Assembly: GCA_026770705.1 (NCBI GenBank)
Contig: JANJGN010000088.1
Span: 620,001 to 684,000 of the forward strand
DNA: 64,000 bases
Direction: 5' to 3'
Source of the DNA: Isurus oxyrinchus
Taxonomy: Eukaryota
Numbering within the stretch: position 1 is the first letter of the stretch; the number at the start of each line of letters is the position of its first letter. The position numbers and the translations under genes are program-made. Below are positions 63,440 through 64,000 of the stretch, in pieces. The notes beneath the pieces were generated by a model. That model was not told where the DNA came from. It was given only the letters and a program-made list of their open reading frames with translations, and searched no databases.

Positions 63440-63529
63440 GTGGGCGAGAGATCAGAAATTACATAACTAACTTTGTTCACTTTCAGGGAAGGAATTTAAC
63501 AGCTTCTTTGTTTTGCCTGTCTATTCCAG

Positions 63530-63847
63530 TCGAGCCAAAAAGTCCCAAGGTCAGATTGCTGTTTCAACCAACTGACGAGATCAAAGGAAAGAGCACAGCC
63601 ACACTCGAGTGTGTGATCACTGGATTCTACCCAGACCTCATAAATGTCACCTGGGAGAAAGATGGTGCTGTGATCTCCTCCAAGGCCCACGCTGGACACA
63701 CTGCTCTGGAACAGGCCGGGACATTCTGCGTCAGGCACTACCTGACTGTGAGTGCAGAGGAATGGAGGAAAGGATCAACCTTCACCTGTGCAGTGTCTCA
63801 TCCACCCTCCAACTTCAACACCAGTGAGACGGTGAAGAACTTCCAAG
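63530..63847 (+). CDS. IgW: IgW constant exon 6 (CH4', duplicate of CH4)
   Basis: Same length (318 nt) as CH4; ~30 amino-acid differences; donor G|GTATG. Confidence 0.92.
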
Positions 63848-64000
63848 GTATGTGGTTATGTAGTGACTATGTGAGTGGAGTAGTATTCTAGAGGTCTGGA
63901 CAAAGAAAGAGACAATAGCATTAATGTTGTAGCTTTCACATCCTCAGGATGTGCCTCACAGCCAAAAGAGTACTTTTGTTGAGGTGTAGTCACTGTTTCA

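Noticed and set aside
54367-63847. IgM identity
   Set aside because: There are more than four C exons and separate Cys-rich secretory exons, and the J (WGTGTFLEVTS) and V are IgW-like.
56427-63891. Read-through tails after CH2 (GKWCLRGEK), CH4 and CH4' (GMWLCSDYVSGVVF) as secretory tailpieces
   Set aside because: Each begins at a consensus-type splice donor and lacks the NxS/penultimate-Cys tailpiece pattern; dedicated Sec exons explain secretion better.

Overview
This is a eukaryotic, repeat-rich window, almost certainly from a cartilaginous fish (shark or ray). Bases ~1-41,700 are mostly decayed mobile elements (two CR1-clade LINE families, a Tx1-like fragment, solo/partial LTRs, a Gypsy pol remnant), several minisatellite arrays and one 242-N assembly gap. 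From ~41,800 to the window end on the + strand lies an apparently intact, unrearranged cluster-type immunoglobulin heavy-chain minilocus of the IgW (IgD-related) class. Its order is: leader (41986-42031), V (42144-42437, 23-RSS), D1 (12/22), D2 (12/23), D3 (12/12), J (23-RSS, 44407-44445), a 9.9-kb repeat-filled J-C intron, CH1, CH2, a Cys-rich secretory exon Sec1 (57390-57541), CH3, CH4, a second Cys-rich secretory exon Sec2 (61257-61429), CH3' and CH4'. The locus presumably continues past the window; no terminal C exon with tailpiece or TM exon is seen. The main points of interest are: (i) two secretory-tail exons missing from the ORF track; (ii) a [Sec-CH3-CH4] block duplication with a gene-conversion-like tract and new cysteines in the second copy; (iii) three D segments, the extra one from a recent 720-bp-offset duplication, together with very short V and J ends; (iv) two AID-hotspot-rich tandem arrays in the J-C intron that are candidate switch-like regions. 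All coordinates and comparisons were made by eye; no database search was run.
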